Source: Carcharhinus amblyrhynchos (Eukaryota). Taken from it: DNA of 64,000 bases. The stretch is from NCBI GenBank assembly GCA_965287045.1, contig OZ336878.1:105772001-105836000 (forward strand). The letters are read 5' to 3'. Numbering within the stretch: position 1 is the stretch's first letter; each line of letters opens with the position of its first letter. The translations under genes were made by a program, and so were the position numbers. Shown here piece after piece: positions 1 through 12,864 of this stretch. The notes below the pieces were generated by a model, which worked only from the letters and a program-made list of their open reading frames with translations, was not told the origin of the DNA and did no database searches.

Positions 1-5
1 TCGTT
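1..5 (-). CDS. Probable start of microexon 25, cut by the window edge (ER...)
   Basis: gtagtattgcag|AACGA; lies 592 nt after exon 24, close to the 573-nt intron between paralogous exons 7 and 8; only 5 nt are visible. Confidence 0.5.
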
Positions 6-597
6 CTGCAATACTACTGACAATGATGTATATTTGAACACCGTTTATACGTCTGTGTTAACTTCGTGCCGTTTGCGTTGTCGCATGAACAATCACCACC
101 ATAGTTTGTTCTGTGTAATTATTAAGTATACCTTTTCTGTAAGACTGCTTGTGTTTTAGAAAGATCAATGCTGCTTGAAACAATTTTGCGCCTTCTACTT
201 TACTTGATGTATCAAATCCGAAAGTGGTGCATTGTTTTTCAACCTTCTGTTCAGCATCATTCGAATAAAGTAGGAAAGCATGAGCAGAGTATTCAGGTTA
301 TGAACTGTGCAGCATATCTCCGTCTTTCTATCGATCTATTATCTGGCTGTTTATCTGACTGTTCGTCTATCCGTGTATGTAGATGTCAATTACTTGTATT
401 GTTTTTTTTAGTCTTTTTTTAAAATTTGGTTTAGCGAGACATGTAGTGCATATATTGGCGTTTTTTGAAGCAAGTGCATGCTATGTTCTCACAAGGTTGA
501 ATGTTGTGGGGGGGGGGGGGGGGATTCATTTTCCATTCTGAAAACTGTGTTTATAGAAACAAGAAAAGTTTATATTAAGAGAGACAAACATGCTCAC

Positions 598-633
598 CAA
601 TATCTTTCCGAATTATTTGCAATTCCTTTAATT
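598..633 (-). CDS. Microexon 24 (36 nt), ELKELQIIRKDI
   Basis: gttttattttag|AATTAAAGGAATTGCAAATAATTCGGAAAGATATTG|gtgagc. Confidence 0.9.
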
Positions 634-901
634 CTAAAATAAAACAGCCAAATTTGTATATATTGTGTTTGTAAGTCAAACCACATTCACCACTAATTTG
701 CAAAACTATCCTAAACTACCTGCAGGAAAACGACAGGGGGAATGAACGGAAAATGTGTTTCGTGGTGGAATCACGCTGAAGCTGCTGTAAATGGCGGAGG
801 ATTCTGCTTTGCAAGTAGAGGCTTGTGCGGTCACATGTGAGGCCAAGGGGAAACGTTCCTTCTTCGAGGAGTTTAAATCGGGGAATGGGGGTAAATTAGA
901 T

Positions 902-1137
902 ACAGTAAAAAGTCTGACAACACCAGGTTTAAGTCCAACCGATTTATTTGATAATACTCACAAGCTTTCGAGGGGACTGCCTCTTCGTCAGGTGAATGGA
1001 ACTCTCCATTCACCTGACGAAGAGGCAGTCCCCTCGAAAGCTTGGGAGTATTATCAAATAAATCGGTTGGACTTAAACCTGGTGTTGTCAGACTTTTTAC
1101 TGTGTTTACGCCAGTCCAACGCCGGCATTCCCACATC
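902..1137. mobile_element. Penelope-like-element-derived palindromic non-autonomous insertion with 11-bp TSD
   Basis: Arms 902-1000 and 1005-1103 are reverse complements with one mismatch (960/1045) and a 4-nt loop ACTC. A 34-nt tail follows. Direct repeat GTAAATTAGAT at 891-901 and 1138-1148. Confidence 0.85.
956..997 (-). ncRNA. Minimal type I hammerhead-like ribozyme motif (mirror copy at 1008-1049 on +)
   Basis: ATTCAC-CTGACGA-A-GAGG cagtcc CCTC-GAAA-GCTT-GTGAGT: core CUGANGA/GAAA, stem II, palindromic minimal stem III and stem I pairing. Such motifs are known from Penelope-like elements. Confidence 0.6.
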
Positions 1138-2288
1138 GTAAATTAGATGGTCAGGGGTTTCAAAACTATTGCGGGTTTCTGATCTGCTTATTATCGGTTG
1201 AAGCTCGGATTTGTCGTTTTGGAAACTTGGGTCACCTGATGAAGAATATTTCCAGTTGGTTTGTGATCTACGTGTAGAGTTGGGCTGTAGTGGTGATTGC
1301 ACGGGCAAATTCTATTTGAATTCGGAGATTGGGAGAAGTTGGCGATATTATTTGGGAGAAGCCATAGAGATGTGGTTTACATTGAGCGAGAGGGGCGTTT
1401 GGAGTTTCCTGGGGAATCTCGAATGTCTGACGAATCACATGCCTGAATTGACCTTGGCGCTGCAAGCAGCTGGATGGATGCGAGTAAAGATTGTATTTTT
1501 TATCACAGTTTTCTTTGTAATTCTTAGCGTAACTCTGTTGAAACAATCAAAGTTAAAGATTTTCAGATGTGCCGGGGGAGGTACGAGCATTAGAAGACGT
1601 AATTGGACACTCAAACGTATCAATACTTGCAAAATACAAGAAGCAAAATTGGAAAGCACCATCAAATATTCAGCATAATATGAACATGTGAAACAGTGTA
1701 CGACAGAAAACGCAAAAAAAAGCAGATATTAAGGTTTCGAATCAAATGATCACAAAATAATTGGAGGTGACATCAAATGAAGCATTGGGAAAATAAAACA
1801 TACGCCGTAAGTGTTAAAATTAATGGAAGACACTTAGCGCATCCTCGTTGGGCAGAAAACAGAAAGATAAACGGTGATAATTATTAGCTCATCTTTCGTA
1901 TTCGTGTAAAATTTAAATTATGCGTGTGTTTTTGTTGTTGGTGGCAGAAATGGCGGCGGGTTAATTGGTAGCACACGGGGCGGAATATTTAGTGTCGTTT
2001 CCCTATTCCAGTGGACATCTCCCCCACAGATATATTCTATGACTGAATTTGCAGATCATTGCGTTTGTTCTTGTTTATAGCATATGAATTACCTAACCTC
2101 GTTGTTTTTATCTATCACTGATGAATGGTGATCCAGATGAATTATTAACTTTGTTTCTATCTGCAAGGGCACGGCAAGATCTAAAACGAACTTCCAGTCC
2201 CTTCCATGTAATATTTCGGAAGTGTCTAATCTTGGATTATAACTGCGTTCTTATTCAATTTTTTTTCAGCAGAAAAAAAAGTGCTCAC

Positions 2289-2315
2289 CAGTTTTAGAAT
2301 GCAAAATCCGTTCTT
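2289..2315 (-). CDS. Microexon 23 (27 nt), EERILHSKT
   Basis: gtttatcttcag|AAGAACGGATTTTGCATTCTAAAACTG|gtgagc. Confidence 0.88.
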
Positions 2316-3689
2316 CTGAAGATAAACAAACAACACTAAACAATTGGAATGAATATATTACAAGAATGCACTTAGAATTTAACCTGTTACGAACATTAGT
2401 ACTGTAATATCACACGTATCTCTGTTTTACTACTTAATGCCTATTTTCCAGCACTTATTTCTTGCCACGAATTAGTACTTATGTACGTTTTGAATGCGTT
2501 ATTTATTTGTCCTGAAATGCATGATCGCATCTAATTTTACTGGAAGTAAAATGATGCTCCTGATAAATATTTCCTCGTGACGTTCCATGATTTAGTCTTA
2601 AAATTAAGCCCAACATTTCGTTTTGAGAAATAAAAGCAAGCCGGCTTTCTACATAATACGTGCAAACGTTTGAACAGCTGCATTTACTGCAATTTGTTTC
2701 GGTTAGTGATGAGCTTGAAGAGAAAAGCCGCATAACATCCCACGAAGGCGATATACAATCACAGTGAAAATTCATTTCAACAAAATGTAGGCTTTATAGG
2801 TGTATCCTGTGAAGGAAATGGCATTTCATTACCTAGACGACTTGAGAAGAGTTATATCCTCCAACGAATGAATGTTAATTCAAATCAAGAATTGTCCATG
2901 ACAATGTGGTGATTCCATGCATTCATGATTCTCTCTCAAAGTCCTGTATAATTGGTAATGATTACACTATTTTTACACAATTCTCTCACTGGTTTAGTGG
3001 CAAGAACTGTATTCAGTGGCTCACCATTTTTTTTCTGATGGCAACATCTCTTTTTGTCACGAGGCCATTCCAGAACCATTTGCTTTGATATTGACAATTT
3101 TATCTATTGTCGAGTTCCATATTGCAATTAATGGGAATTCCATCAAATCTACGAAATGCATGATTAATTATTTGTACTTAGTTCCATATGATTCAATCTA
3201 TACCTCCAATCTTGGGGAAAAACAGAAGGCGTTGAGTGACTTACAATTGCAGTGGCGATAGCTTTTTTTAACATCACACTGCTCACTCATCTACTGAAAC
3301 AATCAATCTTCCATAATTTAAAGAGTTACAGAACTTTGCAATATAATGTTTCCAATATGTCATTGTATAATTATGATGATCTGCTTCATTCCTGATACTG
3401 AAGACATGTTAACATGTATAGATACCTAATAATCCAATTAGTGCCACGCTTAGTAAAATGTTATATATTTAAAAACGTCTCAATTTTAAATCCACTTTGA
3501 ATTAATGCTCCCACATCAAGGATGTTGCGGTGGTGGGGGGAGGGGTGGGGGGTGGTTCTGGAGGGATGGGGGTGTGCGTGAGGAGGGTGGCAGCTTTTGG
3601 AAGTTCCCAGGTAAGTGTAAGCCCACTGGTTGCTGAGCAGGTTTAACTGAACCTGAACATTTCAAACAGAACAATTTAAATCATTAACT

Positions 3690-3920
3690 TGTGATGGTTC
3701 AGCAACTTTGACACAGATACAGCTGGGCTCATAGGGCCCCACTGAGCCATGTTGTGGATGTGGCATTGATGTACTGGGGAATTCCTCCAGGAAGAGTTCA
3801 TGCACAGGCTGTCCTGGAATTGTGCAAGAGAGTTAACTTTCTCTGGGCAACTTTTCTTGGTCGGAAAACATCTTACAAAGCGATTAAGACCATTAACCAT
3901 TGATGACTCTGCCATTTCCA
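3690..3920 (-). mobile_element. Tx1/L1-clade LINE 3' remnant
   Basis: Minus strand gcacaattccaggac...ggctcagtgggg resembles the Tx1 ORF2 C-terminus as recalled; highly diverged. Confidence 0.3.
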
Positions 3921-3975
3921 CCGTGACATTTTTCCTGAACTAGCATGAAGACAGGAATTTTTAACTTAATTGTAG

Positions 3976-4420
3976 TTGTACTCAACTCCGTTGCCGAGCC
4001 CTACACACTCAGCGCAGACACACCATACCGACATTAATGCCAACTTCAAACCCACAGAACACACAGCTGAACCCCCACTCCACACCAACCCCAACATTCA
4101 AATGGATGACAGTTACCTTCCACGTTTAGCCCCACAAAGAAAACACACCTGCCGGACAGATTGAACCCAACAATAAACATCCATATATATGTCTAGCCTG
4201 ATTTATACTCTTCCCCCTTGTCTGAGTGAGGAAAACCTGTCTGCTGATCCAAAATACCGCCTGGCCTCAACAACACCTTCCCCTTCCGAACCCGTACTTC
4301 CCAACACCCGCACCATCCCCATTGTCATCCAACTGCGACAAAGCCGCTGGTCCTTCTTTGGCGCCGACTCCGGGTTATGCTGGGCGTTCATACCCAAATG
4401 CCTCAATATCGCGTCCTGAC
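3976..4420 (+). mobile_element. Very degenerate LTR-retroelement reverse transcriptase relic
   Basis: One frame gives ...IQMDDSYL...RWSFFGADSGLCWAFIPKCLNIAS, matching YxDD and LRSFLG..GYCR.FIP...IA in the expected order; internal stops present. Confidence 0.5.
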
Positions 4421-4891
4421 AGGCACATACTGTGATTGCCGGTTGGACGTTGGCCACAATAGTCTCGGTATTTTTCGTTGCATTATCCAAATTTAGTAGC
4501 TAAATACCTTCGAGTAGTTTAAATTATCGACAATCATTTGCCTGCTGGTTGTCAGAAGTCTCATTTCCAAAAGAAGAGACCAGAACGTAGTTGCAATTTC
4601 TGTGTAATAGATCAAATATGCCACTTGTTTAACATTTCTTAAATTCATATTTACAATATATTAGTTTTAGTATTTTTTTTCGCAAAGAGCTGTGAACTGC
4701 AAAGCAACTAAATGTTTAAAACTGAAATTTGGTCATAAGTTTGATTTGGGTGCTTCTGGTCATTACCACATTCGCCTTAATTTGAATGGAAAACAGTTTC
4801 AGCTTAGCTTCACCCAATCAAACTTTTATCAAGAAACGATCATATATAATCACATTCTGCTCTGTCCTGTATTTTATTCATGGCTACTCAC

Positions 4892-4918
4892 CATCTACTT
4901 TGACGTGCTCCAGAAAAT
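4892..4918 (-). CDS. Microexon 22 (27 nt), DFLEHVKVD
   Basis: atttccttcag|ATTTTCTGGAGCACGTCAAAGTAGATG|gtgagt; HxxxD as in exon 43434-43460. Confidence 0.88.
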
Positions 4919-5062
4919 CTGAAGGAAATTATTGAACAGGTGTCAATCAAAATACGTATTGCTTGAAGAATGTAAGTAAAGATTTTAATTTAGGAAATTT
5001 ACAATAAAAAGAATGCCGGAAACATACTTCCGAAGGCCGGAAATCCTGACAGGGCAATTTAC

Positions 5063-5089
5063 CTGACTCTTTCTTCTTCAGTTGTTTCT
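5063..5089 (-). CDS. Microexon 21 (27 nt), EKQLKKKES
   Basis: gttcaattgaag|AGAAACAACTGAAGAAGAAAGAGTCAG|gtaaat. Confidence 0.83.
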
Positions 5090-5429
5090 CTTCAATTGAA
5101 CAATTATATTGTTAATGCATAATAATGAAGTTAAGCATAATCCAGTACCGAATTTCGTCATTTCAACCAAAGCACGGAACAAGGAATTTGAGAAAGAAAA
5201 TATACATTAACGGAAGTTGACAGCATTCCAGAACGAATGGCTTCGGAAATATTGATTCAGATTCCATTAACAAATGTATTGATGAAACTTAATCTAGCTT
5301 ACTTTTTCCACAAACATGTGGATCAAGATCAATAATTCGATTAACAGCTTTCGTGGCCACAAACAGTCTGAAATAAATATTTCTTAATTGTGTTTAATAA
5401 TTTATTTGACAATCATTTGTCATTATAGC

Positions 5430-5655
5430 TAACATTCAAGGTAAGAAAAAGAGTTTTATAGAGATTTGACGAAAATAATTTTAGTCAGAGGGTGGCGGGA
5501 ATATAAAACTGCTTGAATGAGTGGGGACATTCAATATTTAAAGAAGCATTTTGATGAGAACTTGAAACATTGCAAAGCTAGAGATTAAGTGTTGGAAACT
5601 GGACTAAAATATGCAGTTGCTTGATAACTGCTGAAGGGCCCCTTTCTGTGGTGAA
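5430..5655 (+). mobile_element. CR1 LINE 3' end fragment (old)
   Basis: tttagtcagagggtgg...tttaaagaagcattttgatga...gctgaagggcccctttctgtg is a CR1 3' terminus pattern. Confidence 0.6.
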
Positions 5656-5682
5656 GACATTGTCTCAATTATACCTTCTTAC

Positions 5683-5718
5683 CTGCGCTCTGCAAGGCTT
5701 CGTTGGCATGGTCTAATT
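5683..5718 (-). CDS. Microexon 20 (36 nt), ELDHANEALQSA
   Basis: gattttttttcag|AATTAGACCATGCCAACGAAGCCTTGCAGAGCGCAG|gtaaga. Confidence 0.9.
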
Positions 5719-6149
5719 CTGAAAAAAAATCAAATTATTACCGAAGTGCAACATAATGCACAACAGTAATGTAGTGCTTATTTTATTACAAACTAAGAAT
5801 ATGTCAATAATTTGATGACAAAGGGCATACATTCAAAATAGATGAAACAGGGAATTCTCGGTATTGGACGGGAAGAATTAATTTAATTCCGTAATATTAC
5901 TTGTATTATTCCATTTGCATCGCCCTTTGTTTGTTTTCCAACATGGTTGCATGTTAGCATTCATATTCAAAGTCCTCAAATCAAGGTATTTTAGTGGACT
6001 GAAGCCTATGAATGTGCCCCTAGTATTGACCAGAAACAATCTCATTCCTGCACCTCCCCCCCCCCCCCACCCCGCACACACAGTCGGAGACGGAGATTGC
6101 TAGTTGAATAGAACCCGACGAAAGACTTAAAATTATTGCAAAATTATCG

Positions 6150-7315
6150 CAATAGTTCTGTTTGCTAACTGAGATTCCTAGGGCTCCTCAACGAAATAGT
6201 TGGAACTGTTTAATGTGAAAGAGGTATGATTGAATATCATAAATCTCTAGATATGTCTTTGAGGTCGCTGTCTGAAACTGGCAGGCAAGAATTTTATATT
6301 ATGAGGAATAATTTGGAATAATCAATAGAAGTAACCTCAAGGTACGATAAGAAATGAATTGTGGCATGCATGTTCTTGTGCTTCTAGAGTGATTATGAGA
6401 TGCATAAAGAATACTATAGCAGGTTTTAAATTTCACAAAACATTCCTAGAGGCTTATATCAGAACACAGTGTATGGTGGTGAACTTCAACAATATGATGA
6501 TCATTAAATGGTTGATGTAACACAGCTCCTTACATGAGGAATCTAGAATAGCGAGCCTAAAAGGTCTAATGATTTGGCAACCTAGGCAACTGGTGATAAG
6601 CAAAAGAGAAACAATTAAAATACTTTAAGGACAAGTGATCGGATTTATACAACACCAAGAATTCTGAGGTTTGCAATTCTCGGAGTGATTGCAAGGGGAG
6701 AAATGATGACTCACCCAAGGATTTTAGGTAGGATTTTTTTTTTTAATTTGTTGACTGGCTAGAGAATCGTAGAGTTCAGGGATCCGTGGGCTGACAGATG
6801 ACTGAAACTTCCAGGGAAATAAGATAACATGACAGAATCAATGTTTTTTTTGTATTTTTCACGATTAACACTAAATGAAGACAAAAACTTCAGGGCAAAC
6901 TAAAAAAGTGTAGCATGATCAACTGATGTTTTCAAAAAGTAAAAACTAAATCACTACTATGAAAAATAATGCAATTGCAGATTGGAACTGTTTGGCCTGT
7001 TTAAACGTTACTCAGAACGATTAAGCTCAATAGGAGATTTTGATTTTAGGTTCCTGAAAGATCAATAAGATAATGTCTAGGCATAGGGACTTGGAATGCT
7101 ATTGTGCAGCGTCTGAATTGTCTCGCAAATAAAACTGAGAAATCAATGAAACCTGCAATAACTTGATGAGCCTTTAGAGACGATTGCTGAGACATTTGTA
7201 CATTTCGTACTCATATTCGACTGAAGCGGGGGATTGGGCTATCTGCTGATGCAAAACAGAGTCGGATCAGCTTCTATGGCTGAGAAGCCTACTTCTGCTT
7301 GAACTAATTCGTTTG
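6150..7315 (+). mobile_element. Highly degenerate CR1 LINE fragment
   Basis: Remnant RT-region sequence ending in a CR1-type tail (atggctgagaagcctacttctgct). Confidence 0.45.
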
Positions 7316-8149
7316 CATATAACTGCCCTTCCTCGTGAAGATGGAAGTGTGTTCAGACACTTGTCATTGAATTTGATCACCTAATCCCTCGGCGAACAAC
7401 TGAAGCAATTAATAAGTCATGCCCAAATTGCATCAGTGAATTAGTGACAGATGAAAAACTGTGCGTGAGTGCTTGTTTATGTGGGACAGATTGTTTTCAT
7501 AGGATATTACAGATATCTGTCAGCGGTTCCAGATTTGAACAACATGTAACAGGATTTCATCAGTAATGAATTTAATGTTAGTTTTCCTTGGATGTGGCCT
7601 CGGACAATTACGGATGGTGAACAAATGCTGACTTCCCCTTGTCCTCCCACGTGGCATGTAAGAATAATGGAAACAGACATCTCGAGCTCTTTTTGTTTGA
7701 TTTGGTTTAGTAAACGTTTTTTTTTTCTAATTTAAAATGTGAAAGTTTATGCTTCAGTTTGTATTATAAATTACGGGATTCAGTTTTTTTTAATGTTTCA
7801 ATGGTCTTTGAAAATCTTAAACTACACAGTTTCATCTGTGTGGGGTGTAACATCCGTGCGATCAATCCAAATATCACTCGAATAGTGGAACCTTCTTATG
7901 ATAAGGCATGAATAAGCTTTTTTCAGGAATGTATCAGTCCTGAAGGCATCCATGCCAGGCCATGCTGCATATTAGACATTGTCTGCGTTACTGATGGCCT
8001 GAGTAAAAGTTGCAACACTATGTTTGCGTCAAGTGATTCATGATCATTTCATACAGAATAACTTATTCTAAGAGAGCTGTTTTTTTAAAAAAATACAACT
8101 ATTGGTCATGAAACCAGTGAATATTTAAATTGGGAACATTTACATTATA

Positions 8150-10190
8150 CAACTGCTGCTTAAATCACTACTGATCAGAATTCAGGGAGGCATGTTCTTG
8201 TAAGGCCAAGGGTTGTCAGGTAAGGGGCGCTTAGATAACTACCGACGTTGCGAATATAATAGAAAAGGGAGAATTTAAAAAAAAACAAAGCTCAGGAAAT
8301 TAAAATCGGATAAGGCCGATGAGATATAACAAAGCAGGAAAGAATTCAAGCAGGGTGCTATTGAAGCAGAGACCATGGATTGACATTGGCAAGCAGGGTT
8401 AAAGAGAATCTCAAGTCATTCTCTACATAGATTAAAAACAAAACAGAACTAGGGAGATGCTATAACCACTTGGATAAAGGGGGAATATTGTGCCTGTAAT
8501 CAGAGAATCTAGACAAGTTACTAAGTGGGTACTTCTCTTCGGTAATTAGCAAGGAGAAAGATACCAACGGGAGTGAAACGAGTGTGCAGCATGCTAATAT
8601 GCCAGCGTAATTTGAGGTCAAGACGAAAGATGTGTTGGGGGTCATGAAAAAGCATTGATGTGGATAAGACCCAGGGACCGAATCTCACCTAGCCCAGGTT
8701 ATTGAGAGAGACAAGAGAGGAGATTTTTGGCTTCCTGATAAATATGTTTGTATTCTTGCTCGCAAATGGAGAGGTCGTAGAGGACTGTAGAGTACGAAAT
8801 GTTGATTTCTGTTCAACAAAGAAAAAAAGGTTCACCCATAAAATCATAAGCCGAAGAGTCTCATTTTGGGTGGCAAGCTATTCGAGTAGATTCTCAGCGA
8901 TACACAATTTACCCAGGTTTGGGAAATCATGTCCTAATTAATGAAAGCCAACACGGAGTGGCGTGGGCAAGGTCACATCTTACTAAATGGATTTTTTTTT
9001 GGAGGAGATGACGAATATGATCAAAATCGTTAGAGACAAGGCGCTGTGCACATGGATTTTAGTAAGGCTTTTGATAAGCAGTTTTAAAGTAGTTTTATCC
9101 AGAATATTTAGGTGCATGGGATACAAAGTGATTTGGCTGGTTGTGTTCAGAATTTGCTTGCCCATAGAATTCAGAGAGTAGTGGTGGAAGGGTGGTTTTC
9201 TGGCTGGAAGTCCGTAACTAGTGGTGTTCCACAGAGATCCGGATTGGGACCTCTGCTGTTCATCGTATATTTAAATGACTTGGACAAAAACATAGATTGA
9301 AAGGTTACTAAATTTGAGGATGGCTCAAAGATAGGTTGTGTTGTGAAAAGTGCAAAAAGTCGTCAAAGGACACAACCATATAAATATCAGCTGCACGTAC
9401 GGGTGTCGAAATAGCCGGTGATGTTTAATACAGGCAACTGTGAGGTGATGCACTTTGGGAAATCAGATTTTAAGAGTAAGTATAAAGATAATGGCAAGAC
9501 GCTGAGCTGCGCTTATATACGGGAGTATTTGGGGTTCAAGTCTATAAGTCACTGAGTTTGACCACGCAATTAGATGTTGTGGTAAAGAAGGTGTATGCCA
9601 AGCTTGCTTGTATTGTTGAAGGCATTGAGTAGAATAGAGAGGATGGCATGTTTATTTTAATAAGATTTTGTATAGGGCACACATAGAGCATTATGTTCTA
9701 CTCTGGTTGGCTACTACAATAAGGATGCAAAGGCTTTGGAGAAGGTCCTGATGATGTTGCCAGGATGCTGCTAGGATGAGAAGGAGTGACTGATAAGGAG
9801 AGGCTCGGCAAATTGACGGTTTTTATTTTTGCTCATTAGAGTGTCCGAGGCTGAAGTGGGAACTGATTCATGTCGAGAGGGTAATGAGATGCATAGATAG
9901 ATTGACAGTCAGAAACGTTTTCCCAAAGATAAACTGCTTAATAGTAGGGGGAATTCACTTAAGTTGAGAGGGGTGAGTCAATGACGATGTGAGCGACAAT
10001 GTACAACGTTTTTACACAGATTTGTGTATCTGGAACGCGCAGCTAGGACTGTGGTGCAGGCAGACAAGATAGACGTGGAGGGGATGGCGGGGGGTGGTGG
10101 AGGTAAGCGGCTTTTAGAGAAGCACTTACAGTAGGGTGCCATGCATGAAGGGATCAGTTTCGTTTGGCGTCATATTCTGCACAACACCAT
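8150..10190 (+). mobile_element. Degenerate CR1 LINE ORF2 3' half
   Basis: Translates RVVVEGWFSGWKSVTSGVPQRSGLGPLLFIVYLNDLD at ~9170-9300, collinear with the intact CR1 ORF2; many stops and frameshifts. Confidence 0.85.
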
Positions 10191-10249
10191 GAAATGATCC
10201 TAATTTGCTGAATAATAGTGCAGAGATGTTGTTGGGTAATTCTGTATTG

Positions 10250-12380
10250 GACCGTTTGAAGGAATGCAAGTTGACAATGAAGACAAAAGGCGGCTAGTCA
10301 CTGATACATTGACAGTCTTTCAATACTTTGGGGGGATCTGAAATTTATTGTAGAATATTTATCAAATTGATTTGAAAGATTCAAAAATGTAACTGCGTTC
10401 AAAATGGGAATCGATCAGAAGGGCAATAACGCGTTTCGGTTCATGCAATGATGTCAAGGGTGATGCAGTCAACGTTTATTTTGTGCATCGGGTGGTAATG
10501 ACTTTTTAAAGTAGAATGATCGTTTCAAATGTCATGGACCATGAAAAAAAAAGAAATGTGATGGAAGGTCGGTTGCTCAAGGATCTAGGGTAGTTGAACC
10601 AAAAAGAAAGGAACGTAAGTAGTCAGGTGAAAATGAACTCAGGGAGGGAATGAATTGATTCGGCAATCAGCTGAACCCCCCAAAAAAAATGATTTCTGAG
10701 AAAATGCTTGGATAATAATGAGGAAAATTGAACTAAGGTGTTTATGGGCAGCAGTCAAAAAGATAGAAACTATTGGCTTAATTGACGATATAAATGTGAG
10801 GGAAGGGAGCAAACTGAAACCCCGTTGTGTTGATGTTGAAGCTGGAGGGAACAGGGCAGAGATGTTTGAGAAGGCGACCCGCAAATGACAAAGTAAGACG
10901 TGGTATTGCACTTGTATTATCGCATGATTCTGTCAGAGAAATATTTTAGCAGGTTCCAAAAGCCCCGGCAATGTTTAACTGTCCCAGTTATCTCTCTCAG
11001 CAAGGAGAGACAGTAGTGTAATTCCTCAACAAATCGAGGCATCATCATTAGGAATAAAAAATCTCCAAGCCGTACCATCTATTGTGAATCATTATTTTTC
11101 AAGGATATGTTGAAGAAGTAGCGTCAACTGTCTTAAACAGTTGCCCTTTGAATATTTGCACTGGAGAATGGGAGAAAGGACATTTTGCAGCATTGTTTGG
11201 GAAGCTATGTGTTAATTTAATGCAAATACTTGGATAGTGGATTGGATAACTCAGAGTGGACAGTCGGGAAAAAGAGAATATTCTCAGGTTAGAAGTCATG
11301 TAATTAACATATATCCAGTTGTCAGGTCCTGCGGCAACAATAACGTACGACCCCATAACTTGATTTAGATGAATACACTAACTGCATAGGAGATATAAAT
11401 GCAGGTTCAACAATGAATAAGAAAAATAAGTTGTGAAAATGTCCTAATTTTCTTGGAGGAGAGATAAGTCATTATGGTCACCAGGGAAATCGGCAGGCCA
11501 AGCATAATATAGGAACATATGAAATAGTCCGCTTCGACAAGAGCAAAAAAAAAGTCCACTAATTAACAGAGACAAACTTTAAAATGCCGCAGTGCAGGGA
11601 TCTCTGCAAATCAAATTTGAAACAGATCAAGTGAGTAATTGTTGAGCAAATGGATATTTGACCGTGTCAGGTGGTGTGGAATATTCAAATAGGAACGCGT
11701 TACACACAGGAAAAAAAAGAGCATTGGCAAACAAGCACCTAGAATTAAAAAAAACTAAGCAAGGGGAAACTCATACCAAATTAAATATTTAGTTGGTTGA
11801 TATGGAGAGATGAACGAGGCAAGTAATTAGCAATCTTTGAGTAGGCTGGTTATACTCGTTGGTCCGTAGAATAATGATATATGATCCTTTCCGAAAGTAT
11901 AAATTTCTGAGAAATTTTGACTGCCAAATGCTCAGAGGAGATTCCCACTCCTTTCGGAACATCGAACATCGTGAGGGGTGAGTGCGCATATGTGCGGAAG
12001 GGTGAGGGCTGGCGGCCTGGTGAAGGGGGGAAGGAAGTTGCTGGGATTGACAGATGTTTGAAAATATATATGCATAATTTAAAACAGTTGTGATTTGAAA
12101 TTCGTTTCACGGGGTATTTTAGCATTCAGAAGTCTGTTTTCCAACCCTCTCTGAGAAGAGCTGGGGTTAACTTTTGGTATATATTCTATGTTGAAATAGA
12201 TAATATTTTAGTCTACATAGATATGCCGAGTCATGACAGGTAAAAGAGAACGTTAAAATCTGAGTGGTGGAGTGTCAGTGGAAGTGAAAATAGGAGTTAC
12301 ATTATACCATCATACATGATCGTATTTAATTACGGAGGAAATATATGCCATTCAACGGCTTACTCTTCAGTCTGTTTCTG
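10250..12380 (+). mobile_element. Very old CR1 LINE fragment
   Basis: Purine-rich degenerate ORF2-like sequence with recognisable CR1 3' region (~12110-12380). Confidence 0.5.
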
Positions 12381-12864
12381 AGCTTTTTTTTTCGGGGGGG
12401 GGGGGGGGGGAATCTGTTTTGCATTCTGGCACCGAAGATTAGTGAAATGTTGTGTGATATTCTTCATAGCAAGCTATGGAAACTATTTTCATCTTTACTG
12501 AACGAGACCTGCCAAAATATCCCTTAATGAGCAATTAATTGTTCTAATAAAGAGATTGTGTGGAATTAAAATGGCCAGCTTCATCATATCTGCTCGCATC
12601 GGTTGTCCAAAGGGACGTAAACTTGCTTTGAAGCATGCTATGTCTGATCTTTTTCAATCGCTGCAAATTTGTTATTTCACAGAAATAGAACATAATGGAA
12701 TGACCTTCAAGGCTACGTCGCACACTAACATCGAATCTTGCAGGCAAGGCCAAAGGCGAAAATTGTATGCATGTCATCCTCCGGATCCAGCAACATGGAT
12801 GCAGAAATAACACATTAAATTTTGAAATGTCACGACATTTACAGATCAGAAATAACACTCGGAT

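Larger units (their letters stand above)
700..1490 (-). mobile_element. Very degenerate LTR-retroelement integrase relic, interrupted by the palindromic element
   Basis: Minus-strand translation PNLRIQIEFARAITTT...FFIR*PKFPKRQIRAST...ASHVTAQ resembles integrase core LQIDF.GPLP / FSRW..FP / G.HFTAQ; the coding strand is C/A-rich. Confidence 0.4.

Noticed and set aside
791-1141. Opposite-strand ORFs (116 aa and 87 aa) with near-identical peptides
   Set aside because: Artefact of the palindromic insertion; not a gene.
2760-2788. RSS-like CACAGTG + 13 nt + ACAAAATGT (a similar case lies at ~62957)
   Set aside because: Wrong spacer length, poor nonamer, and no V or J coding segment adjacent.
4508-4599. 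92-nt AG/GT-bounded minus-strand segment
   Set aside because: Asymmetric phase and weak donor; would break the frame and has no counterpart in the paralogous block.
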